Source of the DNA: a virus
Length of the DNA: 64,000 nucleotides
Virus record (IMG/VR): IMGVR_UViG_3300032285_003360
Span: 1-64,000 of that record
Reading direction: 5' to 3' (one strand)
The position numbers and the translations under genes are program-made. Under the pieces are notes generated by a model. That model did no database searches. It was not told where the DNA came from and worked only from the letters and a program-made list of their open reading frames with translations. Shown in pieces: positions 28,346 to 37,469 of the stretch (its first letter is position 1; every line of letters begins with the position of its first letter).

Positions 28346-30178
28346 TTAAGCCATTGAATCAGAAGAGGACGGCATTCTACTTGTAAGTTTAGCAACTTTG
28401 TTACCAACTTGGTCCATCAAACTATTTCCAGTGGATACTCTATTTTCCATTGCTATATCCAATAAAGCTTTAGGGTCAGTAGTACCAGAAGCAACCGCTT
28501 GGTTAACCACTCTTGCAAATTTTTGAAACCAACCCGAACCATTCCAAGTAGCATACGCAAAATGGAAAGTAAGAGCAGGATCTTTACTAACAATATCCGC
28601 AGTTTCAGGTGTAAGGTATCTTCTTGATAATTGGTCAAACTCTGGTTTCATCATTTGAGCAACCAATTCTCTTAACTTATTCGCTAAATCAGGATTGTCT
28701 TTTAACATGTATTCAGGCTTCCACTTGCTTCTTGCGTCTTCAGCATCAATTAAACGCCAAAACTCTTGTCCCGCAGGTGTATTTGATTCAGGTCCTGTTT
28801 TTCTATCTATACCGAACATTGTTTCGCCTGAATTACCATATCTACCATCTTTAATTCTACCATCTTGTAACATATCAGGGTGATAGTAACCACCTTCTAA
28901 GTTATCAATAACGGTATTTACAATACCTTGCCAATCTCTCACATCAATAACACCGCCACCTCCGCTTGTTACGTTCTTCTTAATGAACTCTTTTAATTTT
29001 TCAGGTGTTAGATTTAAACCTTTAACCTTTTCTAATAAAGCTTTTAAGAATTCAGGTGTTGCAGATACCATATGGTCAGTTGCATTCTCATTTAATGATG
29101 CACCTAATTGACCTAATGCAATTCTACCCGCTACCGAACCCGCATCACTTGTTGTTGAAGTGGAACCACCACCACCGCTACTACTGCTACCACTACTACT
29201 ACTACCAACAGACCCTGAAGGTCCACCAACACCCTTTCCTTCACCATATTGTAAATGGAAGTGTCCTGCGGTCGCAGCACCTGATGGGTGTCTATATTCG
29301 TCTATATAACTAAATTTTGGGTCTTTCGATTTGTAACTATCCAACAAAGCAACAAACGCATTGGCGTTTTGGTCATTGAATGGATCTATCACCATATCAA
29401 CAGCTTGACCCTCAGTATGTTTACTATGATAACCTAAACTTTGATGGAACTTATCGTTACCACCTGTTACTGTAATTTTAATATTTGGATTACTTGCTTT
29501 GAAATCTGTTAATATCTTACTAACAATAGAACTTAATTCATCACTAATCTCACCACCATTTGCAATCTCACTTCCTTTTTCATTATAACCTAATTTAGAT
29601 AATGTTGAACGAAGTTCTTGAGAGTTCTCAAGTATTTGTTTAACTGTATAAAATGTTTCGTTGACTGTTTTTCCGGTTTTTGTCCCTGTGTGGCCGGTCG
29701 TTGTTGCTGTTTCACCAGTAGTTGCTCCTGTTGAGGATAAATTAATTTTGTTATCGTCAGCAAATTTTTGAACTGATGCCGCAGTTTCTGGTCCAAATAA
29801 ACCATCAATACCGTGTTGAGGTAATTGGTATCCAAGTAAAACCAAAGCAATTTGCATTGATTCAACTTCTTTAGCATATTGCATTGAGCCACCTGATTGT
29901 TGTTTTAAACCACCAGAATCAATTGCTTTTTCAAATGTATTGTAAAAATCTTCAAGTAATTTTGGGTCAGCGACATTTTTTCCTTGTTCGTCTTTACCAA
30001 CAGCATCAGCTTTCTTTGAATTATCAATTTTGCTTGCTGGGTCATCAGGTGGAGTTTGTTCGTCAACTTCTTTCTCTTTTCTACCCAATAAATCATCAAG
30101 AAATCCTTCTTTGACTATCTTTTTTCCATATGTTAAGGTGTGAATTCTCTCAATCTGTTCCCTTAAAGTTTTCTTCAT
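28346..30178 (-). CDS. Multidomain virion-associated peptidoglycan hydrolase (PG-binding + M15-like peptidase + GH108-like lysozyme)
   Basis: MQIAL..LGY....GIDGLFGPET..SV..F; SKH..G.AVD...HFH; EGGY...GETMFGI. Confidence 0.8.
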   Translation of the reverse strand: MKKTLREQIERIHTLTYGKKIVKEGFLDDLLGRKEKEVDEQTPPDDPASKIDNSKKADAVGKDEQGKNVADPKLLEDFYNTFEKAIDSGGLKQQSGGSMQYAKEVESMQIALVLLGYQLPQHGIDGLFGPETAASVQKFADDNKINLSSTGATTGETATTTGHTGTKTGKTVNETFYTVKQILENSQELRSTLSKLGYNEKGSEIANGGEISDELSSIVSKILTDFKASNPNIKITVTGGNDKFHQSLGYHSKHTEGQAVDMVIDPFNDQNANAFVALLDSYKSKDPKFSYIDEYRHPSGAATAGHFHLQYGEGKGVGGPSGSVGSSSSGSSSSGGGGSTSTTSDAGSVAGRIALGQLGASLNENATDHMVSATPEFLKALLEKVKGLNLTPEKLKEFIKKNVTSGGGGVIDVRDWQGIVNTVIDNLEGGYYHPDMLQDGRIKDGRYGNSGETMFGIDRKTGPESNTPAGQEFWRLIDAEDARSKWKPEYMLKDNPDLANKLRELVAQMMKPEFDQLSRRYLTPETADIVSKDPALTFHFAYATWNGSGWFQKFARVVNQAVASGTTDPKALLDIAMENRVSTGNSLMDQVGNKVAKLTSRMPSSSDSMA

Positions 30179-30280
30179 ATCAATATAAATATCAGGACAT
30201 AGTTATTCCTTCTAGGTAATTTTTTAATCATCAACTTCAGCCTATCAGCATTTCACCCACATAGACCTTATATGATAACC

Positions 30281-30396
30281 ATTTTCAACGCTATCGGGGA
30301 CAATCTTAGTCCATAGGACCTACCAACCCGACGTCTGTCCCTCATCAGTTACCGGATTAAGTATAATCTTTCAAAGGGAGTTAATGCGTTGAATAT
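30281..30396 (-). ncRNA. Candidate structured ncRNA
   Basis: Non-coding, GC-enriched, nested stems TTCAACGC/GCGTTGAA, GGGACA/TGTCCC, GTCC-TAT-GGAC; TATTTATA directly upstream. Confidence 0.45.
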
Positions 30397-30404
30397 AAAT
30401 ATTC

Positions 30405-30584
30405 TCAACCTCGATAATCGACATCGGAATCTTCATTTTCATCTCCATAAATTCCAAATAAATCATCACCTTTATAATCGGGATGATTCTTTTGCATATG
30501 GTCAATACCTCTTACCCAAAAGAATGCAACAATAGCTGCTAAAACGAAGCTACAGCCAATACCAACCAAGTAACTTGCTATCAT
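30405..30584 (-). CDS. Small membrane protein (59 aa, not in ORF track)
   Basis: TM followed by WVRGIDHMQKNHPDYKGDDLF. Confidence 0.7.
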   Translation of the reverse strand: MIASYLVGIGCSFVLAAIVAFFWVRGIDHMQKNHPDYKGDDLFGIYGDENEDSDVDYRG

Positions 30585-31168
30585 AATAAAAAATTTAAGA
30601 TTTTTTCTTTAAGTCCTGTTTGTTTGATACCTTGGGTGCTGATTGGAGTTAAAACAAAGTTAGTTAATCCCCAATCCATTTCCATGTCACCCCAACTCTC
30701 GTGTGTTTGGGGGATACCCATATTCAAATCATCAATTGCAACCCAATGAGTAACTTCAGGATGGTCTTGTAGATATTGTTTAATCTCTAAAGAACGAGAT
30801 TGTTCTAAGTCGTATTGTCTTGACCAAGGAAAGTTTTGTGGGACTTCACACTCTGACAAGTTTTTGGTAAATGCGATTGGTTTCTTAATGATTTTTTTTG
30901 ATTCATAATACTCACCCATCTCTTCAACAGTTGCCCATCTCTTCCAATCAGATGAAACCACAATCTCAGCATCTGTCTCTGTTAGAATATTATTTAATAC
31001 AACCACCGCCTTGTTGTCAAAGTTATCGAATCGATATTCAACAGGTAACTCCATAATTGATTGAGACATCTTCCTTCCAAACTTACGTTGTTTCTTATGA
31101 CGACCTCCCCAATTATTTAATAAGCATATAACACCGTCATGGTCAAGAAATATTATTTTCATCGTCAT
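30581..31168 (-). CDS. HAD-superfamily protein (Swiss-Army-knife RNA-repair type HAD)
   Basis: IIFLDHDGV, IVVSSDW, WVAIDD. Confidence 0.88.
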   Translation of the reverse strand: MTMKIIFLDHDGVICLLNNWGGRHKKQRKFGRKMSQSIMELPVEYRFDNFDNKAVVVLNNILTETDAEIVVSSDWKRWATVEEMGEYYESKKIIKKPIAFTKNLSECEVPQNFPWSRQYDLEQSRSLEIKQYLQDHPEVTHWVAIDDLNMGIPQTHESWGDMEMDWGLTNFVLTPISTQGIKQTGLKEKILNFLL

Positions 31169-31538
31169 ATTTTTTTAACACTTCTTCAGCGTTAGAGTTT
31201 TTTAATTTTTCTCTTGCTTCTGCAGCTCTTTGTTCAAATATCGCAAAGGTTTTCTTTTTATGTTCTTCTTTACGATTCTTTAACTCCTCAAGAATTGTTG
31301 ATGAACTTTTTAATCTTCTCAACATCTCTTCGGTGATATCTCCTTTAATTTTAAACACCCGTCCGTCTTCACCGTTTAAATGAATGATATGACCAACAGT
31401 AGTTTCAATATATGGGATATGGTAAGCAACCATATTGTCCGTGTCCCATTTTATTGTTTCACCAACTCGTTTAACTTCACCTTTATTTACACCACCATAC
31501 TTGGTAAAGTGAATGTATTTGTCCCCATCTTTAAACAT
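31143..31538 (-). CDS. Hypothetical protein
   Basis: ORF track. Confidence 0.7.
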   Translation of the reverse strand: MFKDGDKYIHFTKYGGVNKGEVKRVGETIKWDTDNMVAYHIPYIETTVGHIIHLNGEDGRVFKIKGDITEEMLRRLKSSSTILEELKNRKEEHKKKTFAIFEQRAAEAREKLKNSNAEEVLKKYDDENNIS

Positions 31539-32008
31539 TATAATCCTAATTTTAATAGTTCATTAATTGTTTCTTTGGTTGATATGTGATGAATACCAAT
31601 ACCACCTTTTTCTATCCATCCTTCAATGTTATCTAATCTATCGTCAATTAAAATAGCATCAGGTGCTGCAAAATCCTTTTTATGTTTGGCTGTTCTTAAT
31701 AATAAAGGAACACCAGGTAGTTCTCGTTCAACCCATTCGTGTTTACCAACTCTTGAACTATCTTCTCTTGATGGTGCGGATAATAACTTAGGTTTATAAT
31801 CTTTAATATGTTCCCATAGTTCTTTACCATCAGGTTGCCATTCCAAATCAATCCAAAACTTTTTACCTGCTTTGTTGATTGGGTCCCAAAAATGTGTATC
31901 GCTAAAAAATTCGCCACTGATATCTCTACCAGTTAAATCTTGATAACCTTTATCGAAGTTTACAAGCACGCCATCAAGGTCGCAGTATATTTTGTATTTG
32001 TTGTTCAT
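31538..32008 (-). CDS. 5'(3')-deoxyribonucleotidase-like HAD hydrolase
   Basis: IYCDLDGVLVNF, K..W, ILIDD, W...GG.GI. Confidence 0.9.
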   Translation of the reverse strand: MNNKYKIYCDLDGVLVNFDKGYQDLTGRDISGEFFSDTHFWDPINKAGKKFWIDLEWQPDGKELWEHIKDYKPKLLSAPSREDSSRVGKHEWVERELPGVPLLLRTAKHKKDFAAPDAILIDDRLDNIEGWIEKGGIGIHHISTKETINELLKLGL

Positions 32009-32037
32009 GATGCAAATATGGTAAAAATTTTTAACAA

Positions 32038-32721
32038 TTACAAAAATCTTTTTAGATTTTTAATAAAAGGTTTTCTTGCAACTTCAATTGCTTTTGTTTT
32101 CATGGTTGTATATAACCCAGTTGATAGATATGCTTGAATTTCATCGTCGATAATTTTCTTATCAGGACAATATTGCATTTTAATTAACTTTTTCTTAACT
32201 GATTCATAATCAATTTTTCTCATGTCACGAATCAATGACTGGCAACTGTTATAATATTCTTTATTTGTGTAATATAACCCGTGAGCCAATTCGTGTTTCA
32301 TTAAAGATGATTCAGCGTTTTCGGCACATATTAGATACCAAGATTGTCTTTCACCTGTTTTGTTAAGAACATCGTTTTCACAATAGAAAGCAATGTTCTT
32401 CATGATTTCATCATATCCATTACCTTTATAACTGTAATGAAACTCATCAACAGCTTTCCATAATACATGTGATGGTAAATTATATCCCGCCCATTCTGCA
32501 GGATAATTGAATGAGTCTAATTTATTCAACTTAACATACTCATTCATCATTTCTTCAAATGATAATTTTTTACCTTTTATTTTTTTATGTGGTGATTCAT
32601 AATATTCTTGGTATCTACAAAATAGCATACCTCTTTCATATCTATTAGGAATTACAGCAGCATAAACGCGTGGTTTCAATTCGATAATTTTACCCTTAAC
32701 TAATGGGCTTTTAATCTTCAT
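32038..32721 (-). CDS. Hypothetical protein with HExxH motif
   Basis: RYQEYYES, HELAH, DDEIQAY. Confidence 0.75.
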   Translation of the reverse strand: MKIKSPLVKGKIIELKPRVYAAVIPNRYERGMLFCRYQEYYESPHKKIKGKKLSFEEMMNEYVKLNKLDSFNYPAEWAGYNLPSHVLWKAVDEFHYSYKGNGYDEIMKNIAFYCENDVLNKTGERQSWYLICAENAESSLMKHELAHGLYYTNKEYYNSCQSLIRDMRKIDYESVKKKLIKMQYCPDKKIIDDEIQAYLSTGLYTTMKTKAIEVARKPFIKNLKRFL

Positions 32722-32814
32722 TGTCTTCGATTTTATTCATTTGTCTAAAAACATTTATTACACCGAACACAAAATATGTTGCAACAGCAACAAAACATAA
32801 AATAATTAACATTA

Positions 32815-33429
32815 TCATAAACAGCTTTTTAATATTTCATAACATAATTCAGATGGTATCTTACTTCTTTCGTAAGCATTCGCTCTACCTTGCGTTCCAG
32901 TTCTACTACCTCTTGGTGCAGCAACGTGACAAGGATCACCATTCTTACACATAGGGCGTGGAACCCACACATCACTGTTGGTCCATATGTCGGTTGGTTT
33001 CATTCTTTCATCACCGTATTGACAATAAGTTACACTCTTTCTTGGTAGGTCTTTAACAACATCTAACTTACGAAGAACACCGCGTGGATTTTCCATGAAC
33101 CAATACTTTGGTTGGAAGTAATTAATAAGTTCGATTGTTTTTTTAACAAGTTCAATACCTAAACGAGCGGTATCTGTTTTGGGAATGTATGCACCTTTAC
33201 CGCCGCTCCAATGATGACCGATAGCAGCAACACTAAATCCTGTGCAAGGTGGTGAGGCCCAAATAATATCAGGTTGGAATGGAACCTTGCTTACATCAAA
33301 ATCTAAAATACTAATGGGATAATGAATACCTTCAAAGTCAATTAAATCAGATGAGAATACTTCCATACCTAAGCCTTCAGCAACTTTACCAACTGAGCGA
33401 CTACCCGCGAATAATTCTAACACTTTCAT
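32815..33429 (-). CDS. C5 DNA cytosine methyltransferase (short type)
   Basis: LELFAG (motif I), ASPPC (IV), ENP (VI). Confidence 0.88.
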   Translation of the reverse strand: MKVLELFAGSRSVGKVAEGLGMEVFSSDLIDFEGIHYPISILDFDVSKVPFQPDIIWASPPCTGFSVAAIGHHWSGGKGAYIPKTDTARLGIELVKKTIELINYFQPKYWFMENPRGVLRKLDVVKDLPRKSVTYCQYGDERMKPTDIWTNSDVWVPRPMCKNGDPCHVAAPRGSRTGTQGRANAYERSKIPSELCYEILKSCL

Positions 33430-33707
33430 TATCTTAAGTGTTTAAATTTATCGGCTAAGTTATTGATATAGTCTTCCTCATCAAGAGTTAATAAATCTCT
33501 ACACTTAGATAACTTATCTAAACTCTCAAAGAAAATTTCATCTTTAATATTTGGTTTAGGAACTTTACCAGCATTTAATGTTGCTTGGTCCGGTTGGATA
33601 TATCCATCCTCAATTAAAATTTCAATTAATCTGTCTCGTTCTCTTTTACTACATGAGTCAATAAACTCACTTGGGTCGATGTCAATCTCCGTTGTAAATT
33701 CAGGCAT
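33429..33707 (-). CDS. Hypothetical protein
   Basis: ORF track. Confidence 0.65.
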   Translation of the reverse strand: MPEFTTEIDIDPSEFIDSCSKRERDRLIEILIEDGYIQPDQATLNAGKVPKPNIKDEIFFESLDKLSKCRDLLTLDEEDYINNLADKFKHLR

Positions 33708-33762
33708 AATATTTCAATTTAATGTTTACTAAAAGATAAACAAAAAAATCGGAATAAAAAAA

Positions 33763-34095
33763 TTATAAAGCAAAACTTTCGCCACATCCGCAAGTTCGAG
33801 ATGCGTTAGGATTAATCCATTGGAATCCTTTTCCATTTAATCCGTCGGAATAATCTAATTCGGTTCCATAAAGATATAGAACGGACTTTCTATCAATGAT
33901 AACTTTAAGACCACCATCGGTTTCAACAACTTCATCGAACTCTTCTGTCTTGTCATCAAACTCCATAACATATGATAGTCCACTGCAACCACCACCCTTT
34001 ACACCAACGCGAAGATGGTGGGTGTCGGGTGTTAAACCTTCACTCACCATCAATTCTAATAAATGATTTAAAGCTTTTTCAGATATTGTAATCAT
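33763..34095 (-). CDS. iscA: A-type Fe-S cluster carrier (IscA/HesB)
   Basis: [28 protein letters not shown]. Confidence 0.95.
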   Translation of the reverse strand: MITISEKALNHLLELMVSEGLTPDTHHLRVGVKGGGCSGLSYVMEFDDKTEEFDEVVETDGGLKVIIDRKSVLYLYGTELDYSDGLNGKGFQWINPNASRTCGCGESFAL

Positions 34096-34106
34096 AATAA
34101 TAAATA

Positions 34107-34361
34107 TTACCCTAATAAATCATCTAAGTCAATATTATGTTCCATAAGAATTGTGTGTATTCTATCACACACTAAATCAACAACTTCATATTTGCTAAGC
34201 GTTTGTTTCTTAGAATCAAATTCTATTTCATTTTGCAACCCCTTTCTTATATTCGTTATATCCCACAACGCCAAAGCCATATCAAGAGATTTCATAGCTC
34301 TTTTATTTGCGAAGATATCGTCAACATCATTTAAATCATATTCTATTATTGCTTTCGCCAT
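34107..34361 (-). CDS. Hypothetical protein
   Basis: ORF track. Confidence 0.7.
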   Translation of the reverse strand: MAKAIIEYDLNDVDDIFANKRAMKSLDMALALWDITNIRKGLQNEIEFDSKKQTLSKYEVVDLVCDRIHTILMEHNIDLDDLLG

Positions 34362-34479
34362 AAGTCACTTAATTTTTTACCGGGCTTAGTTATTTTACCA
34401 TTGTCATCCATCATAGGTGCACGATACATTTCGAATCCAATCCATAATGCAGCACCTATAAGACCAATTATAAAGTATA

Positions 34480-34788
34480 TCATAAACTTAAATTTTTTGA
34501 TTTCCAAATTTGCCACCATTTACGTTTTGGTATTGGTAAACACTGACTAAAAGGGTTATCACCAAACGATACGCGGCCAAGATATTTTGCCGCAATCATA
34601 TTCAAAAACACTTCTTGATATTCATTAGGAATTGTATCCATATCGGCAGATATTTCAACACTTAATGCTAATGTTCCTTTATCCGCAGTCATAAGATATA
34701 AGGTTTGGTGTGTTTTAATTATTTGAGATGTCTTCATCTCTAAATTATGTCCTGCACCAAGAAAAATTTCCGATTCTTTCTTACTCAT
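34480..34788 (-). CDS. Hypothetical protein
   Basis: ORF track; KRKWWQIW tail. Confidence 0.7.
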   Translation of the reverse strand: MSKKESEIFLGAGHNLEMKTSQIIKTHQTLYLMTADKGTLALSVEISADMDTIPNEYQEVFLNMIAAKYLGRVSFGDNPFSQCLPIPKRKWWQIWKSKNLSL

Positions 34789-35104
34789 ATTTGTTTGAAT
34801 TTGCTTCTTTTTCTAAATCTTTTTCTAAATTTTTGTATTTTGGATTTTCTTCACTTAAATTAAAAATCATTAGTTCTTGCAAACCATTCGCATGATTTAA
34901 TTCGAAGTTTTCATCCATTAAACTATCTTGTTGTTTAGATAGCGTGTCGTTTAATCTTTTGTAATAGTTTAAACTATCTAATAATTGTTTTCTTTCGGTA
35001 ATGATACCCGCATTCATAATCGACATGGACGATAATCCTGCGATTGTAATGAAAACGATGGTAAATCTTAACCACCAATTTTCGTCTTTGTTAAATAAAC
35101 CCAT
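34781..35104 (-). CDS. TM plus coiled-coil protein
   Basis: N-terminal TM. Confidence 0.7.
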   Translation of the reverse strand: MGLFNKDENWWLRFTIVFITIAGLSSMSIMNAGIITERKQLLDSLNYYKRLNDTLSKQQDSLMDENFELNHANGLQELMIFNLSEENPKYKNLEKDLEKEANSNKYE

Positions 35105-35205
35105 TTCTTTTGTTTTTAATGTTTAAATATGTTGTTAGTAAAATCAAAAATATTGCAACAAATATACCTCTTATTATTAGAAATACATTTTTTATTTTTT
35201 CCATT

Positions 35206-35469
35206 TTACAATTCTTGTATTTTAATAAATGTGTCGGTCACTTCTTGCATCGTTAAATAACCAATTACATCATCAGCAATTGGTGTATCATAACATATTT
35301 CACCATCTTTAAAGATTGCCAACTCATATAAACCATCTTTACCTCCGTATGAATATTCACTTTTAACTACAGATGCCTCATATCCGTTTTCAAATTTTGT
35401 TCTACTTGTAATTCCAAACTCCTTCCCTCTTGGGTGAGTTTTAAATTCTATGTCTTCAAATGTTTTCAT
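35206..35469 (-). CDS. Conserved phage hypothetical protein
   Basis: FENGY.ASV....SYGG..GLYELA....DDVIGYL. Confidence 0.8.
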   Translation of the reverse strand: MKTFEDIEFKTHPRGKEFGITSRTKFENGYEASVVKSEYSYGGKDGLYELAIFKDGEICYDTPIADDVIGYLTMQEVTDTFIKIQEL

Positions 35470-36032
35470 ATTATCGTAGTAAATTTTATTTGTAAATGCG
35501 TGTAAATGATAATTATTCATAACTATAATATTTCTTCAATTATTCCTAATGCTTCAGCTAAAATTAAATAACCCGCAGCCTCATGTAAATCCCCTTCAAA
35601 TAATCTCCAACAAGCCACAATTCTTATTACTGATTTAATTAGACTGGTCCAAAAATGCCAATTTGTTTTTGATTCTTTTTCTTGCATGTTATATTTGTTT
35701 TCCTTTTATTATTTCTTTTACCGCAATCCAATAAACCAACTCATCCGAATATCTTTCAGAATTGTAAATCGTTTTTTTGATGTTTGGTTTAATGGAATTA
35801 ATTTGTTTATCGCAATGTTCAATTGCTGCGATGCATGCGAGCTTTTTGATTGTCCCTTCAATCATTATACTCATACCTTTGGTGTAAAGATTACTCGCTT
35901 TGTTATAATGGTAGTCATATAATGAATCAACCATTTTAAAAATATCGGGGCGTCTGATGGCCATTTGGTAAATTTTTATAAAATTACGAAAAAAAATTTG
36001 TATTTCAAAATTAATTTTAAGATTATTGATTA

Positions 36033-37433
36033 TCAATCAGTTAGGAAATCATATTTGTCCTTTTTTAATTCAATCTCAACATAATTTACCATTCGATTAC
36101 TCAATTCATTAATCACATTTTGATATTCAACTTTAACTGGTGTGTTAGCTTTACCGTAAGCTTGCACCAGTTTACCCTTTCTATATTGTAAATCGATTCT
36201 TTTTCTACCTGAAGATAATGTAATGTAAACATACAACGCACCGTGTGTGAATTGTTTGGCCATACAATTTTTCATCCTATAACCTTCCATTCTAAAATCC
36301 TCTTCGGATTCCAAAACTTTAGGTTTATAAACAACCCCATCAAGTTCAATCTCTCTTTCAATATCTTCAAGAAATCCGTCAGGAAAAACATACTTAACTT
36401 TGTAGCCCCTTGAAAAATGCATCCTAATACCAGACCATAGCTCAAGTGTGTTGTCAAATTCATTATCGTTTTTGGCTTTAAACTTTAAATTGCTAACACC
36501 TCTTTTTTCTAATAACTCTCTGATTGATAATAACTTATTAACCAAATAAACAAACGAATCCGACTTCAACGTTTCTCTTTCCCATTTGTTTATGGTTTCA
36601 ACCATGCAATTCTTTTCGCTATCGTTTTTTAATTCATGAACCTTTTTGTTTGGTGGCATTTCATAGCAATGTGTTTCCCACATAAATTTCTTTAGATATT
36701 GAACGTGACTATCGCCAAACAATTTACAAATATAATTTAACGCACTAATTTGAATCGGCTTGGCCCAATTCTTGTTTAATTCTCCAATAAGATATTTTGA
36801 TTTAATACCATAAGAATCCAACACTGCTGGTAAAAACTTATTATCATTCTTAACTAACCATTTCTTTTTAGGGTATTCGTTTTGAATATCGTTATAAACA
36901 TTATCATGTCCTTTGATACCTTTAATATCTAAATGAAAATCAACAATCATGTCATATAATGTATTGATAACTGATTTTTCATTTGATATTTTATCATGAA
37001 GATACTGCGATTTGAATTTGGGTTTGAGTGTTTCTAAAATTAATCTCAAGATATGATCTGTTGCTCTACTATACTTGACGCCCCAATACGTTAATCTTTT
37101 TTCACCTCTTATGAATCCGTTTTCAGATAAATCGAACAACATTTTAAAGTCATTCTTTTTATGTTTTTTAGAATTTCTAAACAAATTGACGTCAGTGAAA
37201 TTATGATTTATAATTTCGTATGTAACAGTTATATCACCATTAACCATATTGATACCTAATGTATGAACAAACTTAATGCGCTTCTTATTACCTTGTTTAA
37301 AGTATTCGGTTTCGAATGAACCAATGTATGTTAGATATTCATCGTTTCGCCACAATTGTAAATTAGCAAATGCTGATGCTATATTTTTGTTATCGCTTTT
37401 CTCTTGATTGTATTCTGTTAACAAAATATCCAT
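36033..37433 (-). CDS. PcfJ-domain protein
   Basis: C-terminal EG..MKNCM...Q..G..N. Confidence 0.75.
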   Translation of the reverse strand: MDILLTEYNQEKSDNKNIASAFANLQLWRNDEYLTYIGSFETEYFKQGNKKRIKFVHTLGINMVNGDITVTYEIINHNFTDVNLFRNSKKHKKNDFKMLFDLSENGFIRGEKRLTYWGVKYSRATDHILRLILETLKPKFKSQYLHDKISNEKSVINTLYDMIVDFHLDIKGIKGHDNVYNDIQNEYPKKKWLVKNDNKFLPAVLDSYGIKSKYLIGELNKNWAKPIQISALNYICKLFGDSHVQYLKKFMWETHCYEMPPNKKVHELKNDSEKNCMVETINKWERETLKSDSFVYLVNKLLSIRELLEKRGVSNLKFKAKNDNEFDNTLELWSGIRMHFSRGYKVKYVFPDGFLEDIEREIELDGVVYKPKVLESEEDFRMEGYRMKNCMAKQFTHGALYVYITLSSGRKRIDLQYRKGKLVQAYGKANTPVKVEYQNVINELSNRMVNYVEIELKKDKYDFLTD

Positions 37434-37469
37434 GTGTAAAATTTACATGGATATTTTTATATTGTGTAG

